Origin: Roseivivax sp.
GTDB taxonomy: Bacteria; Pseudomonadota; Alphaproteobacteria; Rhodobacterales; Rhodobacteraceae
Direction: 5' to 3'
Length of the DNA stretch: 64,000 nucleotides
Assembly: GCA_038138625.1 (NCBI GenBank)
Contig: JAYQEA010000003.1
Coordinates: forward strand, 14,269 to 78,268
The notes beneath the pieces are model-generated. The model had not been told where the DNA came from. It saw only the letters and a program-made list of their open reading frames with translations, and did not search any database. Every line of letters starts with the position of its first letter. The stretch's first letter is position 1. The position numbers and the translations under genes were made by a program. Below are positions 1-10,278 of the stretch, piece by piece.

Positions 1-198
1 AGATCCCCCCAAAGGATGGCATCGGCCCAATCTCTTTACCGTGAGCCATGTGCCGCGGACTGCGCCATGACGCTCCAGCGCCTCCATGGCATATGCCGAA
101 CAGGTCGGCTGATACCGGCAGCCATGCCCTACCCAAGGTGAGCCAAGCAATCGGTAGGCCCGAATGGGCAAGGACACGATCCAAGCGGCTGGGCTCAT
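1..198 (-). CDS. yidD: membrane protein insertion efficiency factor YidD (3' end runs off the window)
   Basis: The reverse translation of 1-198 is [66 protein letters not shown]. It carries the YidD signature (CR[YF]xPTCSxY ... RCHP). Its ATG overlaps the rnpA stop (ATGA). The order rpmH-rnpA-yidD is canonical. Confidence 0.85.
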   Translation of the reverse strand, partial: MSPAAWIVSLPIRAYRLLGSPWVGHGCRYQPTCSAYAMEALERHGAVRGTWLTVKRLGRCHPLGGS

Positions 199-617
199 TG
201 TCCGTGTAGCCGTTTTAATGCACGTCGCAGATCGTCTTGCAAAACGCTCCAAGGGCAGGTGCCCGTCACACCACCCCGCCCGATCAACACATAATCGCGT
301 CCGGGCAAGGCCTGATTAGGTAAAATAGTACGCGCCAGTGCCCGCAGACGTCTTTTTGCCCGATTGCGGGCCACTGCGTTGCCGACTTTTTTGGAACAGG
401 TAAAGCCAACGCGCACTGGGCCGTCAGGGTCCTTACGGTCACGCATTTGCACAACGACGCTACGCGAGGATTGTCTATCGGCGCGAGAGGCAGCAACAAA
501 ATCGGCGCGCTGTGTCATCACCAGCACGCCGTCCGTGTCTTTTGACAGCCGCGAGCGCTTTGCCACGGCGGATTTTTTCGTTTCAGTGCGGTTCAATGTA
601 GGCCCGCCTGAATGCAC
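195..617 (-). CDS. rnpA: ribonuclease P protein component
   Basis: The ORF contains [23 protein letters not shown], the RnpA RNR-type motif, and lies directly downstream of rpmH. The start at 617 is a GTG touching the rpmH stop. The true start may be internal, near [10 protein letters not shown]. Confidence 0.85.
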   Translation of the reverse strand: MHSGGPTLNRTETKKSAVAKRSRLSKDTDGVLVMTQRADFVAASRADRQSSRSVVVQMRDRKDPDGPVRVGFTCSKKVGNAVARNRAKRRLRALARTILPNQALPGRDYVLIGRGGVTGTCPWSVLQDDLRRALKRLHGQ

Positions 618-751
618 TATGCGCTCAGCGACTTACGCCCGTGAGCCCGACGGTTATTCAGGATCTTACGGCCGGCTTTTGTCGCCATACGCGCACGAAA
701 CCCGTGACGCCGCTTGCGGACAAGGTTCGAAGGTTGAAAGGTGCGCTTCAT
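617..751 (-). CDS. rpmH: 50S ribosomal protein L34
   Basis: The last 44 codons of ORF 617..868 read [44 protein letters not shown], a textbook L34. The upstream ORF extension is spurious. Confidence 0.95.
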   Translation of the reverse strand: MKRTFQPSNLVRKRRHGFRARMATKAGRKILNNRRAHGRKSLSA

Positions 752-1022
752 CGCTCGCTCTCCATAGGTGTGGGGTCTTTTCGACCGGATTCTCTGGCAC
801 CGACGCGGATTCGCCAGCGACGGCATCGGGGTTGGGTGTCGTTTAGAAAGCTTCGCAGCCAATGTCAAATGGCCTCGGCCGGGCCATGAGACTTTTTTAC
901 AGCAAAGATCCCTTAACAGATAATGATGGATGCATAAATAGGCCTAGCAAGATAAGTCCAAAGACACCGTTACTGTCTGTAATGGCGAGACTTCGATTTT
1001 ACACAATGAGATTTGACATAGA

Positions 1023-1748
1023 ATGCCAAAATCGCCTCAACCTGCCTTTAGCACTGCACGCTTGGTCCGCATTATCCCTATCGCGTTCATTGTTTGTGCA
1101 GCTTTGATCGGGTTCTTTTCTTTCGGAGATCGGTTAAGCTTTGCGGCCCTTCAGGACAACCGCGAAATACTGGTTGCCTTCAGGGACAAAAACTACCTGG
1201 CATCCGTGATGGCATTCATCGGTATATATATTGTCATCGTGGCGTTTTCTCTGCCGGGGGCGTCCGTTGCGACACTGACAGGCGGCTTCTTGTTTGCAAC
1301 CTTTCCCGGTGTCCTGTTCAACGTGACTGCGGCCACTTGCGGTGCGATGGTTATTTTTCTGGCAGCGCGTTGGGGATTAGGGGATCTCTTGGCATCAAGG
1401 ATGGACCAAGCCTCTGGGCCGGTGAAAAAACTTAAGGCGGGGATCGACAGCAATCAGTGGTCAACCTTGTTTCTCATGCGTCTGGTTCCGGCAATTCCCT
1501 TTTTCGTTGCCAATCTGGCACCGGCATTCTTCGGAGTGTCGTTGTTTCGATTTGCAGTGTCGACCTTTGTTGGCATTATTCCCGGAACACTGGTTTTTAC
1601 CGCGGTCGGTGCGGGGCTGGGGGACGTTTTTGAGCGTGGAACGCGGCCAAATCTCTCCGTCATAGTCGAGCCGCAGATCTTACTGCCTATCTTGGGCCTA
1701 TGCGCTTTGGCCGCACTGCCAATCATTATCAAAATTTTTCGAAAATAA
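1023..1748 (+). CDS. TVP38/TMEM64 (DedA/SNARE-associated) family membrane protein
   Basis: A 241-aa multi-TM ORF. The segment LFLMRLVPAIPFFVANLAPAFFGVSLFRFAVSTFVGIIPGT is typical of the family. Confidence 0.8.
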   Translation: MPKSPQPAFSTARLVRIIPIAFIVCAALIGFFSFGDRLSFAALQDNREILVAFRDKNYLASVMAFIGIYIVIVAFSLPGASVATLTGGFLFATFPGVLFNVTAATCGAMVIFLAARWGLGDLLASRMDQASGPVKKLKAGIDSNQWSTLFLMRLVPAIPFFVANLAPAFFGVSLFRFAVSTFVGIIPGTLVFTAVGAGLGDVFERGTRPNLSVIVEPQILLPILGLCALAALPIIIKIFRK

Positions 1749-3542
1749 GTTGGTCACGGCCTTTCGTGATTTTGGTTTTCGATGGTTCGTTAGAACTGCC
1801 ATGCGTTCGGAAAGACGAACGAGGCGTGTCGCTTGGATCAGCTGAAGTATCGGGTTTTATGCTTGCCAGATCCACCGTGTGAGTGTGCGATGCCTTGTAG
1901 GTATCAGCAGTGGACATGGGCTCTGGATGATGCCAGCGGATTTATCATAGTGCCTCGCTGGAGGGTTTCTGACAGTGATTCCTGTGTCGGGACTGGCCTG
2001 ATCTTGCCGTCATAGGATGAAAAGACGGGTATTCGGTTGGGTCCCAATACCAGCCTTAAATATTTCTGAATGACTGCAGCGGATCATTGAGGTCTGACAG
2101 TAATCACGAACTTTAGTGATTTTGGCAGTGCTGGCCTCGGGTTAGACGTCGTCTCTGGCTCGGGGCCATCTTTTAAATCCAGCGTGCGCACTGGCTGGTT
2201 TTTCGACACAGACCTTTACTCAAAAAATACCTCGGGGACTTTGGCAGTGGCATATCTGACCTTCGCACAGCCTGGATCATGGTCGGTCTGCTTTGCTCCC
2301 GAAATGGTGTGTTGGGCAGAGGGGTGCGTGCTTCTTCGCCCGCAACAACGGCTCGGCCCAAGTGTTGACAGATACTATGCGACACCAAAGCCGGAGAAAG
2401 CCGATTGGACCGCGCGCATTTGCGGTTGGCCAGTTGCAAAGATGCCTATCTGGCTACGATCCGAAACGGCCTCGCAGATCTTGGCACACCGACTTCCACG
2501 ATCATAACGTGAACGCCTCTGCGGAAAAGGGGCGTCATGCCATAGCGTCGCCTGAGCAAAAAGCCTGATCCAACTGCTCCATCATGCGCAGGGTTATTAG
2601 TTTCGCGACCCATTCGGATGCCTAATGACAGCGCCGGATGGTTGTAAATCGTCATCACAAACCTTGGGGTTTCAACGAAAGAGGGATCTGGAATGCCGAA
2701 AGCGCCACTTTGTCTCTTCTGCAATCATCTTCCCGAAATTTCTGATCAAACGGGATGTCCTGATGTTTAACCCGTCTGCATTTGACCCCCTGATTTAGTT
2801 TTGGATTGTAGCCACAGGGAATTTTGTATTTTGTGTTGTGCCGTTAATGATTTGATCTAACAACGGCGTTGGATCCGCGTTCTGCGGGCTTTTGATACAT
2901 TCACCTCTCGGGGATTTGATCTGTGGAACGGGCCAAAAATAAAATCACAGATTGTTTGCGCCTCCGAATTCACTCAAAGGTTGTCGCAAACCTAAGAAAG
3001 AGGCATGACCCAAGTGTGGGTGATCAAAGGCGTTGAATGTGGTAAGGGATTTGGAGCGGGAGACAGGTCTCGGGCGAGAGTGTTGCCTAGCGCCTTGCGG
3101 CCCATCGAAGGCGCGGTTTGCGCCCATGACCTTTTGCAAGAGCTTGGTTTGGCGGTTCACACCTCTTGTGAAGATCTCCTTTTTGGGCGAGAGGGATCAG
3201 GCCCTTCGCGTGATGGACATATTGGCCGAGCCAGGCAAGACCATCGGAATTGCGTGCGCAGAACCTCGCCGCCACACCGCCATCCGCTCGGTCAAAAGGA
3301 TCGTTACTGCGCCGGACGTCCGCAGCGCAGGTATCGCGGCCCCTGTGGGTCCTGCGTCCAGGGTCCGCCCGTCCTGCGGTGCCGACCCACGCGGCAAGAT
3401 CACCAAGCACGTCGCCACCGTGCGCATCCTGTTGATGGCCCTCTGTGGCGGGGACCAAAATGGCTGGATCTTTGAAGATTTTATCACATTTAAAAATCAA
3501 CAAAATTTATGTCCCGCTGGACAGACATCGTAGGAGCGGACC

Positions 3543-4964
3543 ATGGCCGAACAAATTAAAACAGACCTTTTGGTGATCGGAGCAGGATCAGGTGGCTTGT
3601 CTGTCGCGGCGGGGGCCTCACAAATGGGAGCTGATGTTACCTTGCTTGAGGCACATCTGATGGGGGGGGATTGTCTCAATTATGGGTGTGTGCCGTCAAA
3701 AGCGCTGATTGCCAGTGGCAAACTAGCATATGAGATGTCAGCAGCAGCACCCTTTGGTATCACACCGGTCGAGGCTCAGGTCGATTACGCAGCAGCCAAG
3801 GATCATGTAGCCCAAGTGATTGAAACCATTGCTCCTGTAGACAGTCAGGAGCGGTTCGAGGCTTTGGGCGTTCGCGTAATTCGTGAGAGGGGACGGTTTT
3901 TGTCCCCGCGTGAAGTGCAGGCGGGCCCGTATGTGATCCGCGCAAGGCGGGTGGTGATTGCAACGGGATCATCGCCGCTAATACCACCGATTCCAGGTTT
4001 GGATAGTGTTCCCTATCTGACCAACGAAACCTTATGGGCACTGCGCAAAGCTCCGGAGCATCTTTTGATTATCGGGGGTGGGCCGATCGGGATGGAAATG
4101 GCACAGGCCCATCGCCGGCTGGGTGCACAGGTTACTGTCATTGAAGGTGCCAAGGCTTTGGGTCGTGATGATCCCGAGATGGCAGCTGTGGTGCTTGAGC
4201 AGATGCGAGCCGAAGGTATTGCCATTGAAGAAGACGCCTTGGTCGAGTCAGTGAGTGAAATCGATGGTCGTGTAACCCTTGTTGTTCAGGATGGACGAGA
4301 GTTTCACGGCAGCCATGTGTTGGTCGCTGTAGGACGCAGGGCCAATACCGGCGATTTGGGGCTGGACGCAGCAGGTATCGAGACCACCCGGTCGGGGATC
4401 AAAGTAGATGCAGCCTTACGCACCACGAACCGCAGAGTTTATGCTATTGGTGATGTCGCAGGTGGGATGCAATTCACGCATGTGGCGGGCTATCATGCCG
4501 GGGTCATTATCAGATCAGCCTTGTTTGGTCTGCCGTCAAAAGCCAGAACTGCACATATCCCACGGGCGACCTATACCCAACCCGAACTCGCTCAGGTCGG
4601 ATTGACCGAGGCAGACGCCCGAAAGACCTACGGTGATAAACTTGAGACTGCGACCTTCGATATCGAACACAACGACCGGGCCATCGCTGAACGCAAGACC
4701 ACAGGCAAAATCAAAGTGATGGTTGTGAGCGGCCGGCCGGTCGGTGTCTCGATCGTCGGTGCGCAAGCAGGTGAGTTATCGTCGCTTTGGTCGCTTGTTT
4801 TGGTGAATAAACTGAAAATGTCACAAATTTCTGCCATGGTTGCGCCGTATCCGACCATTGCAGAGGTTAACAAACGCGTTGTGGGCGCGTATTTTACCCC
4901 CAGATTGTTTGAAAACGAAACCGTGAAGCGCGTGGTGCGCTTTGTGCAACGCTGGTTGCCCTAG
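3543..4964 (+). CDS. FAD-dependent pyridine nucleotide-disulfide oxidoreductase (dihydrolipoamide dehydrogenase / mercuric reductase-like)
   Basis: It has an N-terminal GxGxxG (VIGAGSGG), the redox-active disulfide motif GGDCLNYGCVPSK, a second dinucleotide fold (IIGGGPIGMEMAQ) and a dimerisation-domain end. AGGAG lies 6 nt upstream of the ATG. Confidence 0.85.
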   Translation: MAEQIKTDLLVIGAGSGGLSVAAGASQMGADVTLLEAHLMGGDCLNYGCVPSKALIASGKLAYEMSAAAPFGITPVEAQVDYAAAKDHVAQVIETIAPVDSQERFEALGVRVIRERGRFLSPREVQAGPYVIRARRVVIATGSSPLIPPIPGLDSVPYLTNETLWALRKAPEHLLIIGGGPIGMEMAQAHRRLGAQVTVIEGAKALGRDDPEMAAVVLEQMRAEGIAIEEDALVESVSEIDGRVTLVVQDGREFHGSHVLVAVGRRANTGDLGLDAAGIETTRSGIKVDAALRTTNRRVYAIGDVAGGMQFTHVAGYHAGVIIRSALFGLPSKARTAHIPRATYTQPELAQVGLTEADARKTYGDKLETATFDIEHNDRAIAERKTTGKIKVMVVSGRPVGVSIVGAQAGELSSLWSLVLVNKLKMSQISAMVAPYPTIAEVNKRVVGAYFTPRLFENETVKRVVRFVQRWLP

Positions 4965-4997
4965 GGGCGCCAAAACAGGGAGTGTAAAAGGCCGGAT

Positions 4998-6383
4998 ATG
5001 CTACGCTCTTTGACCGGTCGCCTCCTTTTGCTGACAACGCTGTTTGTAATGTTGGCGCAGATTGTTATTTTCCTTCCGTCGGTCGCATATTTTCGGACCG
5101 ACTACCTGCAAGAACGTCTGGAACGATCACAGATCGCCTCGCTCGCGCTTTCTGCAGACGATATGATCAGTTTCGAATTGGAAGAAGAGCTGCTGCGCAA
5201 TGCCGGTGTGTACAACGTGGTCTTGCGCACGGATCAGGGTCGTCAGCTTGTTTTGTCAGGTCCACTGCCCGGACCTTTGACAAACACGTATGATTTGCGC
5301 GACGATTCACCTTTTTTGTTGATGCGTCATGCCTTGCTGCGCTTTGCCGACCGCGAACCGCAGGTGATCCGAGTGATCGGTGTGCCGGTGTTATCCGAAA
5401 ATCAGGTGATTGAGGTTACGCTTGATGCGGCACCTTTGCGCGCTGCAATGGTCAATTACGGCCTTCAGGTTCTTGTGGTTGCGACGGTTATATCTTTGGT
5501 GACTGGGACATTGTTGTTCTTTACGGCACGTTTGCTGTTGGTGCGTCCGATCCGGGGCGTGGTTGATCACATGCAATCTTATGCCAAAAACCCCGAGGAT
5601 GCGCGCCGTATTATAACTCCGGGTGCGAATATGACTGAAATGCGCGAAGCAGAAGAGGCTTTGCTGTATCTGCAAACCGAACTGACCCAATCGTTGCGCC
5701 AACGCGAACGTCTGGCGCAATTGGGGGCAGCTGTGGCGCGGGTAAATCATGACTTGCGCAATATACTGGCGTCGGCGCAGCTGTTTACAGATCGTATTGA
5801 GGAATCCGAGGACCCCTCCGTACGGCGTTTGGCGCCCAAGCTTATGCGGTCAATTTCGCGGGCAGTGTCGCTTTGTGAAAGCACTCTGGCCTTTGGCAAG
5901 TCTGAAGAACATCCCCCGAATTTGCAGCAATTTCCTTTGATAGACGTAGTTGATGATGTGTTCGTCGGCGAGCGTCTGGCGATCGAAGACGCCGGTCAGG
6001 GTGTTGATGTCGTCTTCGAAGAAGACGTATCGCGCGATCTGGTCATCACCGCAGATCCAGATCAGTTATTCCGATCTATCCAAAACATAGTTCGCAATGC
6101 CCGGCAGGCCATTGTCGCCACGGGAGAGCCCGGCAAGATTCGTTTGATCGGGTTTGACCTGTCGACGGAGTGGGTGATCGAGATTGCCGATAATGGTCCG
6201 GGGCTTCCGCCTCGCGCGCAAGAAAATCTCTTCAAGGCATTTCAGGGCAATGTCCGCAAAGGGGGCACTGGGTTGGGGCTCGCCATCGTGGCCGAGTTGA
6301 TGCGTGGCCATGGTGGAAAGGCCGAATTGGCAAAGACCGGAGAGGACGGTACCACTTTTCGGATCACTTTACCAAAAAGCTAA
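4998..6383 (+). CDS. sensor histidine kinase
   Basis: Two TM segments are followed by an H-box (VNHDLRNILA), then N, G1 and G2 boxes (NIVRNARQA, DNGPGLP, GTGLGLAIV). Confidence 0.85.
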   Translation: MLRSLTGRLLLLTTLFVMLAQIVIFLPSVAYFRTDYLQERLERSQIASLALSADDMISFELEEELLRNAGVYNVVLRTDQGRQLVLSGPLPGPLTNTYDLRDDSPFLLMRHALLRFADREPQVIRVIGVPVLSENQVIEVTLDAAPLRAAMVNYGLQVLVVATVISLVTGTLLFFTARLLLVRPIRGVVDHMQSYAKNPEDARRIITPGANMTEMREAEEALLYLQTELTQSLRQRERLAQLGAAVARVNHDLRNILASAQLFTDRIEESEDPSVRRLAPKLMRSISRAVSLCESTLAFGKSEEHPPNLQQFPLIDVVDDVFVGERLAIEDAGQGVDVVFEEDVSRDLVITADPDQLFRSIQNIVRNARQAIVATGEPGKIRLIGFDLSTEWVIEIADNGPGLPPRAQENLFKAFQGNVRKGGTGLGLAIVAELMRGHGGKAELAKTGEDGTTFRITLPKS

Positions 6384-6986
6384 TGTCCGTTTGCTGATTG
6401 TTAGCGCCACGCGCTTTCGTCATGTTGGTCGAACTGTCAAAAAATCTTCAAACAGCGTGTATTTGAATAGTCCGCTGCACAAAGTGTTTTTCGGTATCAG
6501 TGGATTGCCCCAGGCAGATCTGAAAACGCTTGGGATTTCTCGATCTCGTACTTGAACATCCACCTTGGACCCTTGGTGTTCGGAAAACCTCTAAAACCTA
6601 GCCGCACTTGTGGTACGCGCTATCCGAGGTATTTGACTTCGTTGGCACGCCAAAGCCCAAGCTGCGCAATCCTTTCGACATTGCTAAGGTGTGGGTCACC
6701 CATGCCGCTAATATTACAGTCGACCGATCTGATGAAGCGGGCGCAGCCTCCGAATGGTAAGACACATTCGGTCTGGCCAAATGGCTGACACTCAGGCCTT
6801 TTACGCGGGCCCGATAAGACAAGAGTGCGCACTGGTTGGCAGATCGGGTCGACCTACACTGTTTTATCGTCTTGAGGCGAGATCATCGCCAGAACACCCA
6901 CGTTCCACGTTCACTCAGGCAGAGACAACTCTACCTCAGATACCGGGAGCCCTCTGCGGATCTTCAGGCTAAAGACAAGCCGCGTT

Positions 6987-7778
6987 TTAGCCTTGTATTC
7001 CTTGTGCATGTAAAAACTCTGTCAGGATATGTGCATATGTCTCGGGTGTTTCGACACAGGGCAGGTGACCAGCGCCCCGGATCAAACGCAGGTCCGAGCC
7101 GGGGATAAGGGCCAAAGTTTCTCGTACGAGATCGGGTGGTGTGGCGCCGTCTTCGGTTCCTGCAATGCCAAGCGCGGGAAGGCGTAGACCGGAGGTGGCC
7201 TCTTTCAGATCTGTGCGCTGTATCGCTGCCGAGCATGCAGCATAGCCGCCTGACCGCTGCCCGACCAGCATATTGCGCCACAAATGCATGTCGGCTGTCT
7301 TGCGGAACTTGTCCGAGAACCATCGCGCCATGGTTGCGTCGGCCAAAGCTTCGATCCCATGCGCGTTGACCATGTCGATACGGTCCTGCCATATCTGCTG
7401 GGTGGCAATCTTGGCCCCGGTGTTTGAAAGAACCAATCCCCTGACCAGATCCATACGCATCACAGCAAGAGCTTGCCCAATCATGCCACCGATGGACAGG
7501 CCTACAAAGATGGCATCCTTCAATCCAAGATGATCCATCAGGGCCGCTATATCCTCTGCAAGGGTCGACATTTGCCATTGCCCGGCCGGACAATCTGATA
7601 GCCCGTGCCCGCGTTTGTCATAGCGAAGATAGCAGGCCTCTTTCGGCAACAGAGGCATAATGGCATCCCATAACCTCAGATCCGTCCCCAAAGAGTTTGC
7701 AAATACGACCGCCGGCGCGTCTCTGTCGCCGTCCAGTTGATAGTGGAGATGAAGTCCGTTGACATAGGCGATTGGCAT
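6987..7778 (-). CDS. alpha/beta hydrolase, 3-oxoadipate enol-lactonase-like
   Basis: The 263-aa ORF starts MPIAYVNGLHLHYQLDGDRDAPAVVFANSLGTDLRLWD, followed by RYDKRGHGLS and the nucleophile elbow GLSIGG. This is the PcaD-type pattern. Confidence 0.75.
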   Translation of the reverse strand: MPIAYVNGLHLHYQLDGDRDAPAVVFANSLGTDLRLWDAIMPLLPKEACYLRYDKRGHGLSDCPAGQWQMSTLAEDIAALMDHLGLKDAIFVGLSIGGMIGQALAVMRMDLVRGLVLSNTGAKIATQQIWQDRIDMVNAHGIEALADATMARWFSDKFRKTADMHLWRNMLVGQRSGGYAACSAAIQRTDLKEATSGLRLPALGIAGTEDGATPPDLVRETLALIPGSDLRLIRGAGHLPCVETPETYAHILTEFLHAQGIQG

Positions 7779-7780
7779 GC

Positions 7781-8758
7781 TCAGTCCTCAAGCAATGACA
7801 GGGCGTTGGCGAAGATGTTTGGGTCCACATTTCCACCCGAGATTGTGCAAATGACGGCGTCCCCTGTGATCTGATCGGCTTTGAAGAGCGCTGCGGCAAG
7901 GGCCACAGCACCACCGGGTTCTGCCACGACTTTTAACCTCAAAAACGCCAGCGCCATGGCGCGTAACGCCTGTTCATCACTGACAACCAACCCCGGACCG
8001 CATAGTCGGGCCATGACAGGAAAGGTGATATCCCCGGGAGAGGGCGTTAAAATCGCATCACACAGGCCGACGGCCTGTCCGGTGTTGTGCTGAATTTCCC
8101 CCGTGGCCAGCGACCGTGTGGTGTCATCAAATTTTTCCGGTTCGCAAGGGCGCACGCGCAGGCCGGGTGCCTCGGCCTCCAATGCAAGGGCGATGCCTGA
8201 GGTCAGCCCGCCACCGCCACAACAGACCAAAACATCCGCCGAAGTGACGCCCAGTTCAGCTGCCTGGGTGGCAATTTCAAGACCGGTTGTGCCCTGACCG
8301 GCAATCACCTGCGGTTCGTCATAGGGGCGGATCAAGGTCAGGCCACGGTCTGCTGCAAGGCGCTCTCCGATATCTTCGCGACTTTCTCCGCCCGCGCGAT
8401 CATATAGGACGACCTCTGCCCCAAGGGCGCGGGTGTTGGCGATTTTCAGTGCAGGTGCATCCGCCGGCATAATGATCACTGCCGGAATATCATGCTGACG
8501 GGCGGCCAACGCAACGCCTTGTGCGTGGTTGCCGCTGGAAAATGCCAAAACGCCTCTGCTGCGCATATCTGCATCCAATGCAGACACAGCCGACCACGCC
8601 CCTCTGAATTTGAAGCTTCCGGTGTGTTGCAGACATTCGGGTTTAATCAAAACCCGACGGCCTGCAATTTTATCCAGAAACGGCGATGTCAGCATCGGTG
8701 TGCGTCTGGCATGTCCCTCTAGCCGGGAAGCGGCGTCTTTGATCATGGTGATATTCAT
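7781..8758 (-). CDS. PLP-dependent serine/threonine dehydratase family protein (threonine ammonia-lyase / hydroxyaspartate dehydratase-like)
   Basis: It has the lysine motif HTGSFKFRGA, then SSGNHAQGVALAA and a GGGGL loop. A 2-nt gap separates it from the downstream gene and a 3-nt gap from the upstream gene. Confidence 0.8.
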   Translation of the reverse strand: MNITMIKDAASRLEGHARRTPMLTSPFLDKIAGRRVLIKPECLQHTGSFKFRGAWSAVSALDADMRSRGVLAFSSGNHAQGVALAARQHDIPAVIIMPADAPALKIANTRALGAEVVLYDRAGGESREDIGERLAADRGLTLIRPYDEPQVIAGQGTTGLEIATQAAELGVTSADVLVCCGGGGLTSGIALALEAEAPGLRVRPCEPEKFDDTTRSLATGEIQHNTGQAVGLCDAILTPSPGDITFPVMARLCGPGLVVSDEQALRAMALAFLRLKVVAEPGGAVALAAALFKADQITGDAVICTISGGNVDPNIFANALSLLED

Positions 8759-8761
8759 GGC

Positions 8762-9595
8762 TCAGGCCTGTGCTTTTAAAAGGTTTATCCACTGGCGTAG
8801 TGGTGCGAGGGCGTCGGCCTCATCCAAAAAGGGGACATGCCCACGATCCGCCACCTCGCCTGCAATCATATTGGGTGCGCGCCTTTGCATCTTGGCGAAG
8901 CAAGCGGGACTTAGTAGGTCCGAATTTTGTCCACGCACCGCACAGGTTGCAGGCAATCTGGCAAATGCATCAAAAAATGGCCACAGATCGGGCAGGGGCA
9001 GTGCTCCTGCTGCTTCCACAGCGTCGCGCAGACGAGGATCATAACTCAGCTGCAGACCCTCGGGGGTTTCGGTGTAGAAATGGGACACTTCTTGCGCCCA
9101 TCGCGTGGCTGGCACCCCAGCAAAACCAGCCATGACGCCCGGGCGTGCGGCGGCGGCCTCGGACAAAGTTTTCCACACTGGCGTTCGGCCCAGATAGTCC
9201 ATGATGGCGGTCATGCCTGCCCCATCCAGTTCTGGCCCGATATCATTCAGGGCGGCGCCAAGCAGGCGCTGGGGCATCATCGCTGCAAGCCCCATAGCGA
9301 TCAATCCCCCTCTTGAGGTGCCCAGAATTGCGGCCTTTTCCAACCCCAAGTGATCCAGTAATGCCAGGGCATCCTGACCTTCTTGCGGGATGGTGTAGGT
9401 TGCTGGATCTGCCCAGCCTGACTTGCCCCGGCCTCTGTAATCCAAACAAATCAGCCGGACGTCAGGAAAAAATGGCGCCATATAGGCAAAGTCGCGGTGG
9501 TCCCGGGTCAGTCCTGACAGGCAGAGAACCGGAAGCCCTGCGCCTTTATCGGTGTAATAAAGCTCAATCGCGTCGTTTGTCGTAAATGTGGGCAT
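8762..9595 (-). CDS. alpha/beta hydrolase
   Basis: The internal ATG at 9595 gives MPTFTTNDAIELYYTDKGAGLPVLCLSGLTRDHRDF, followed by YRGRGKS and GTSRGG. This ATG overlaps the upstream gene's stop (ATGA). The longer ORF extension reaching 9772 is Arg/Cys-rich and looks spurious. Confidence 0.7.
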   Translation of the reverse strand: MPTFTTNDAIELYYTDKGAGLPVLCLSGLTRDHRDFAYMAPFFPDVRLICLDYRGRGKSGWADPATYTIPQEGQDALALLDHLGLEKAAILGTSRGGLIAMGLAAMMPQRLLGAALNDIGPELDGAGMTAIMDYLGRTPVWKTLSEAAAARPGVMAGFAGVPATRWAQEVSHFYTETPEGLQLSYDPRLRDAVEAAGALPLPDLWPFFDAFARLPATCAVRGQNSDLLSPACFAKMQRRAPNMIAGEVADRGHVPFLDEADALAPLRQWINLLKAQA

Positions 9596-10278
9596 CAGGT
9601 AACCAAGTCCGGAATGGTGGTGAGGTCGCTGAGAACATGGGCAGGACGATGCGCGAGGCGATCCATGGGGTCGCCCGCACGGTTGACCCATGCTGTCTTG
9701 AACCCATAGCCGGTGGCGGCGGCGGCATCCCATCCATTTGACGACACAAACAGCACCTCGGATTCGAGACATCCAAGATGTGCGCCAACCAGATCGTATA
9801 CAATGCTAGCAGGTTTAAAGATGCCGACGTCCTCGACCGACAAAACAGCGTTTAACGATTCGCCAATGACGGCGCTTTCAACTGCGGCAGAAAGCATCTC
9901 TTTGCTACCGTTGGACAGGATGGCACATGTTTTGCCCATCGCGCGCAATTTGGCCAACATCATCGGAACCTCTCGATAAGCTTCCAGTTCCCAATAAAGT
10001 GCCAGCAAATCCTCGCGCAGGGCCAGATTGCCATGCAGCCCGTGTTTTTCCAGCGCCCAGTCCAGCCCATCCTGCGTGAGTTGCCAAAAGGGTTCATATT
10101 CGCCAGTGACCGCCCGCAGCCAGGAATATTGGAGTTGTTTCAGCCGCCAGTCCTCTGCCAGTGCCTGCCAGCAGGCGGCCAGCGCCTTTTGTCCCGGGCG
10201 CCCGGCCAGCTTGCGCGCGGCCGAGCCTACGTCAAACAAGGTGCCGTAGGCATCAAAGATACAGGTTGTGATGGGCAT
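9595..10278 (-). CDS. haloacid dehalogenase type II (HAD superfamily)
   Basis: MPITTCIFDAYGTLFDV carries the HAD motif I (DxYGT). SNG, a downstream Lys and the SSNGWD motif fit L-2-haloacid dehalogenases. I prefer the ATG at 10278 (AGGAG 7 nt upstream) to the one at 10284. Confidence 0.75.
   Translation of the reverse strand: MPITTCIFDAYGTLFDVGSAARKLAGRPGQKALAACWQALAEDWRLKQLQYSWLRAVTGEYEPFWQLTQDGLDWALEKHGLHGNLALREDLLALYWELEAYREVPMMLAKLRAMGKTCAILSNGSKEMLSAAVESAVIGESLNAVLSVEDVGIFKPASIVYDLVGAHLGCLESEVLFVSSNGWDAAAATGYGFKTAWVNRAGDPMDRLAHRPAHVLSDLTTIPDLVT

Noticed and set aside
3033-3533. 166-aa plus-strand ORF upstream of the oxidoreductase gene, with GC3-rich codons.
   Set aside because: Two antisense ORFs over the same DNA look equally coding, and the product has no recognisable motif. 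I kept it only as part of the finding on the unexplained gap, not as a feature.
3662-3669. G8/C8 homopolymer runs inside coding regions (3662-3669, also around 40331, 42054, 43092 and 44102) as potential phase-variation tracts.
   Set aside because: They encode Gly-Gly or Pro-Pro in conserved contexts of housekeeping genes and occur repeatedly in this genome. All the genes are in frame. There is no evidence of slippage.
6620-6832. 70-aa Cys-containing minus-strand ORF in the 600-bp gap after the histidine kinase gene.
   Set aside because: Codon usage is poor (rare TTA codons, no GC3 bias), there is no SD, and no motif is recognisable. A second ORF overlaps it in another frame. I treat the gap as non-coding or decayed sequence.
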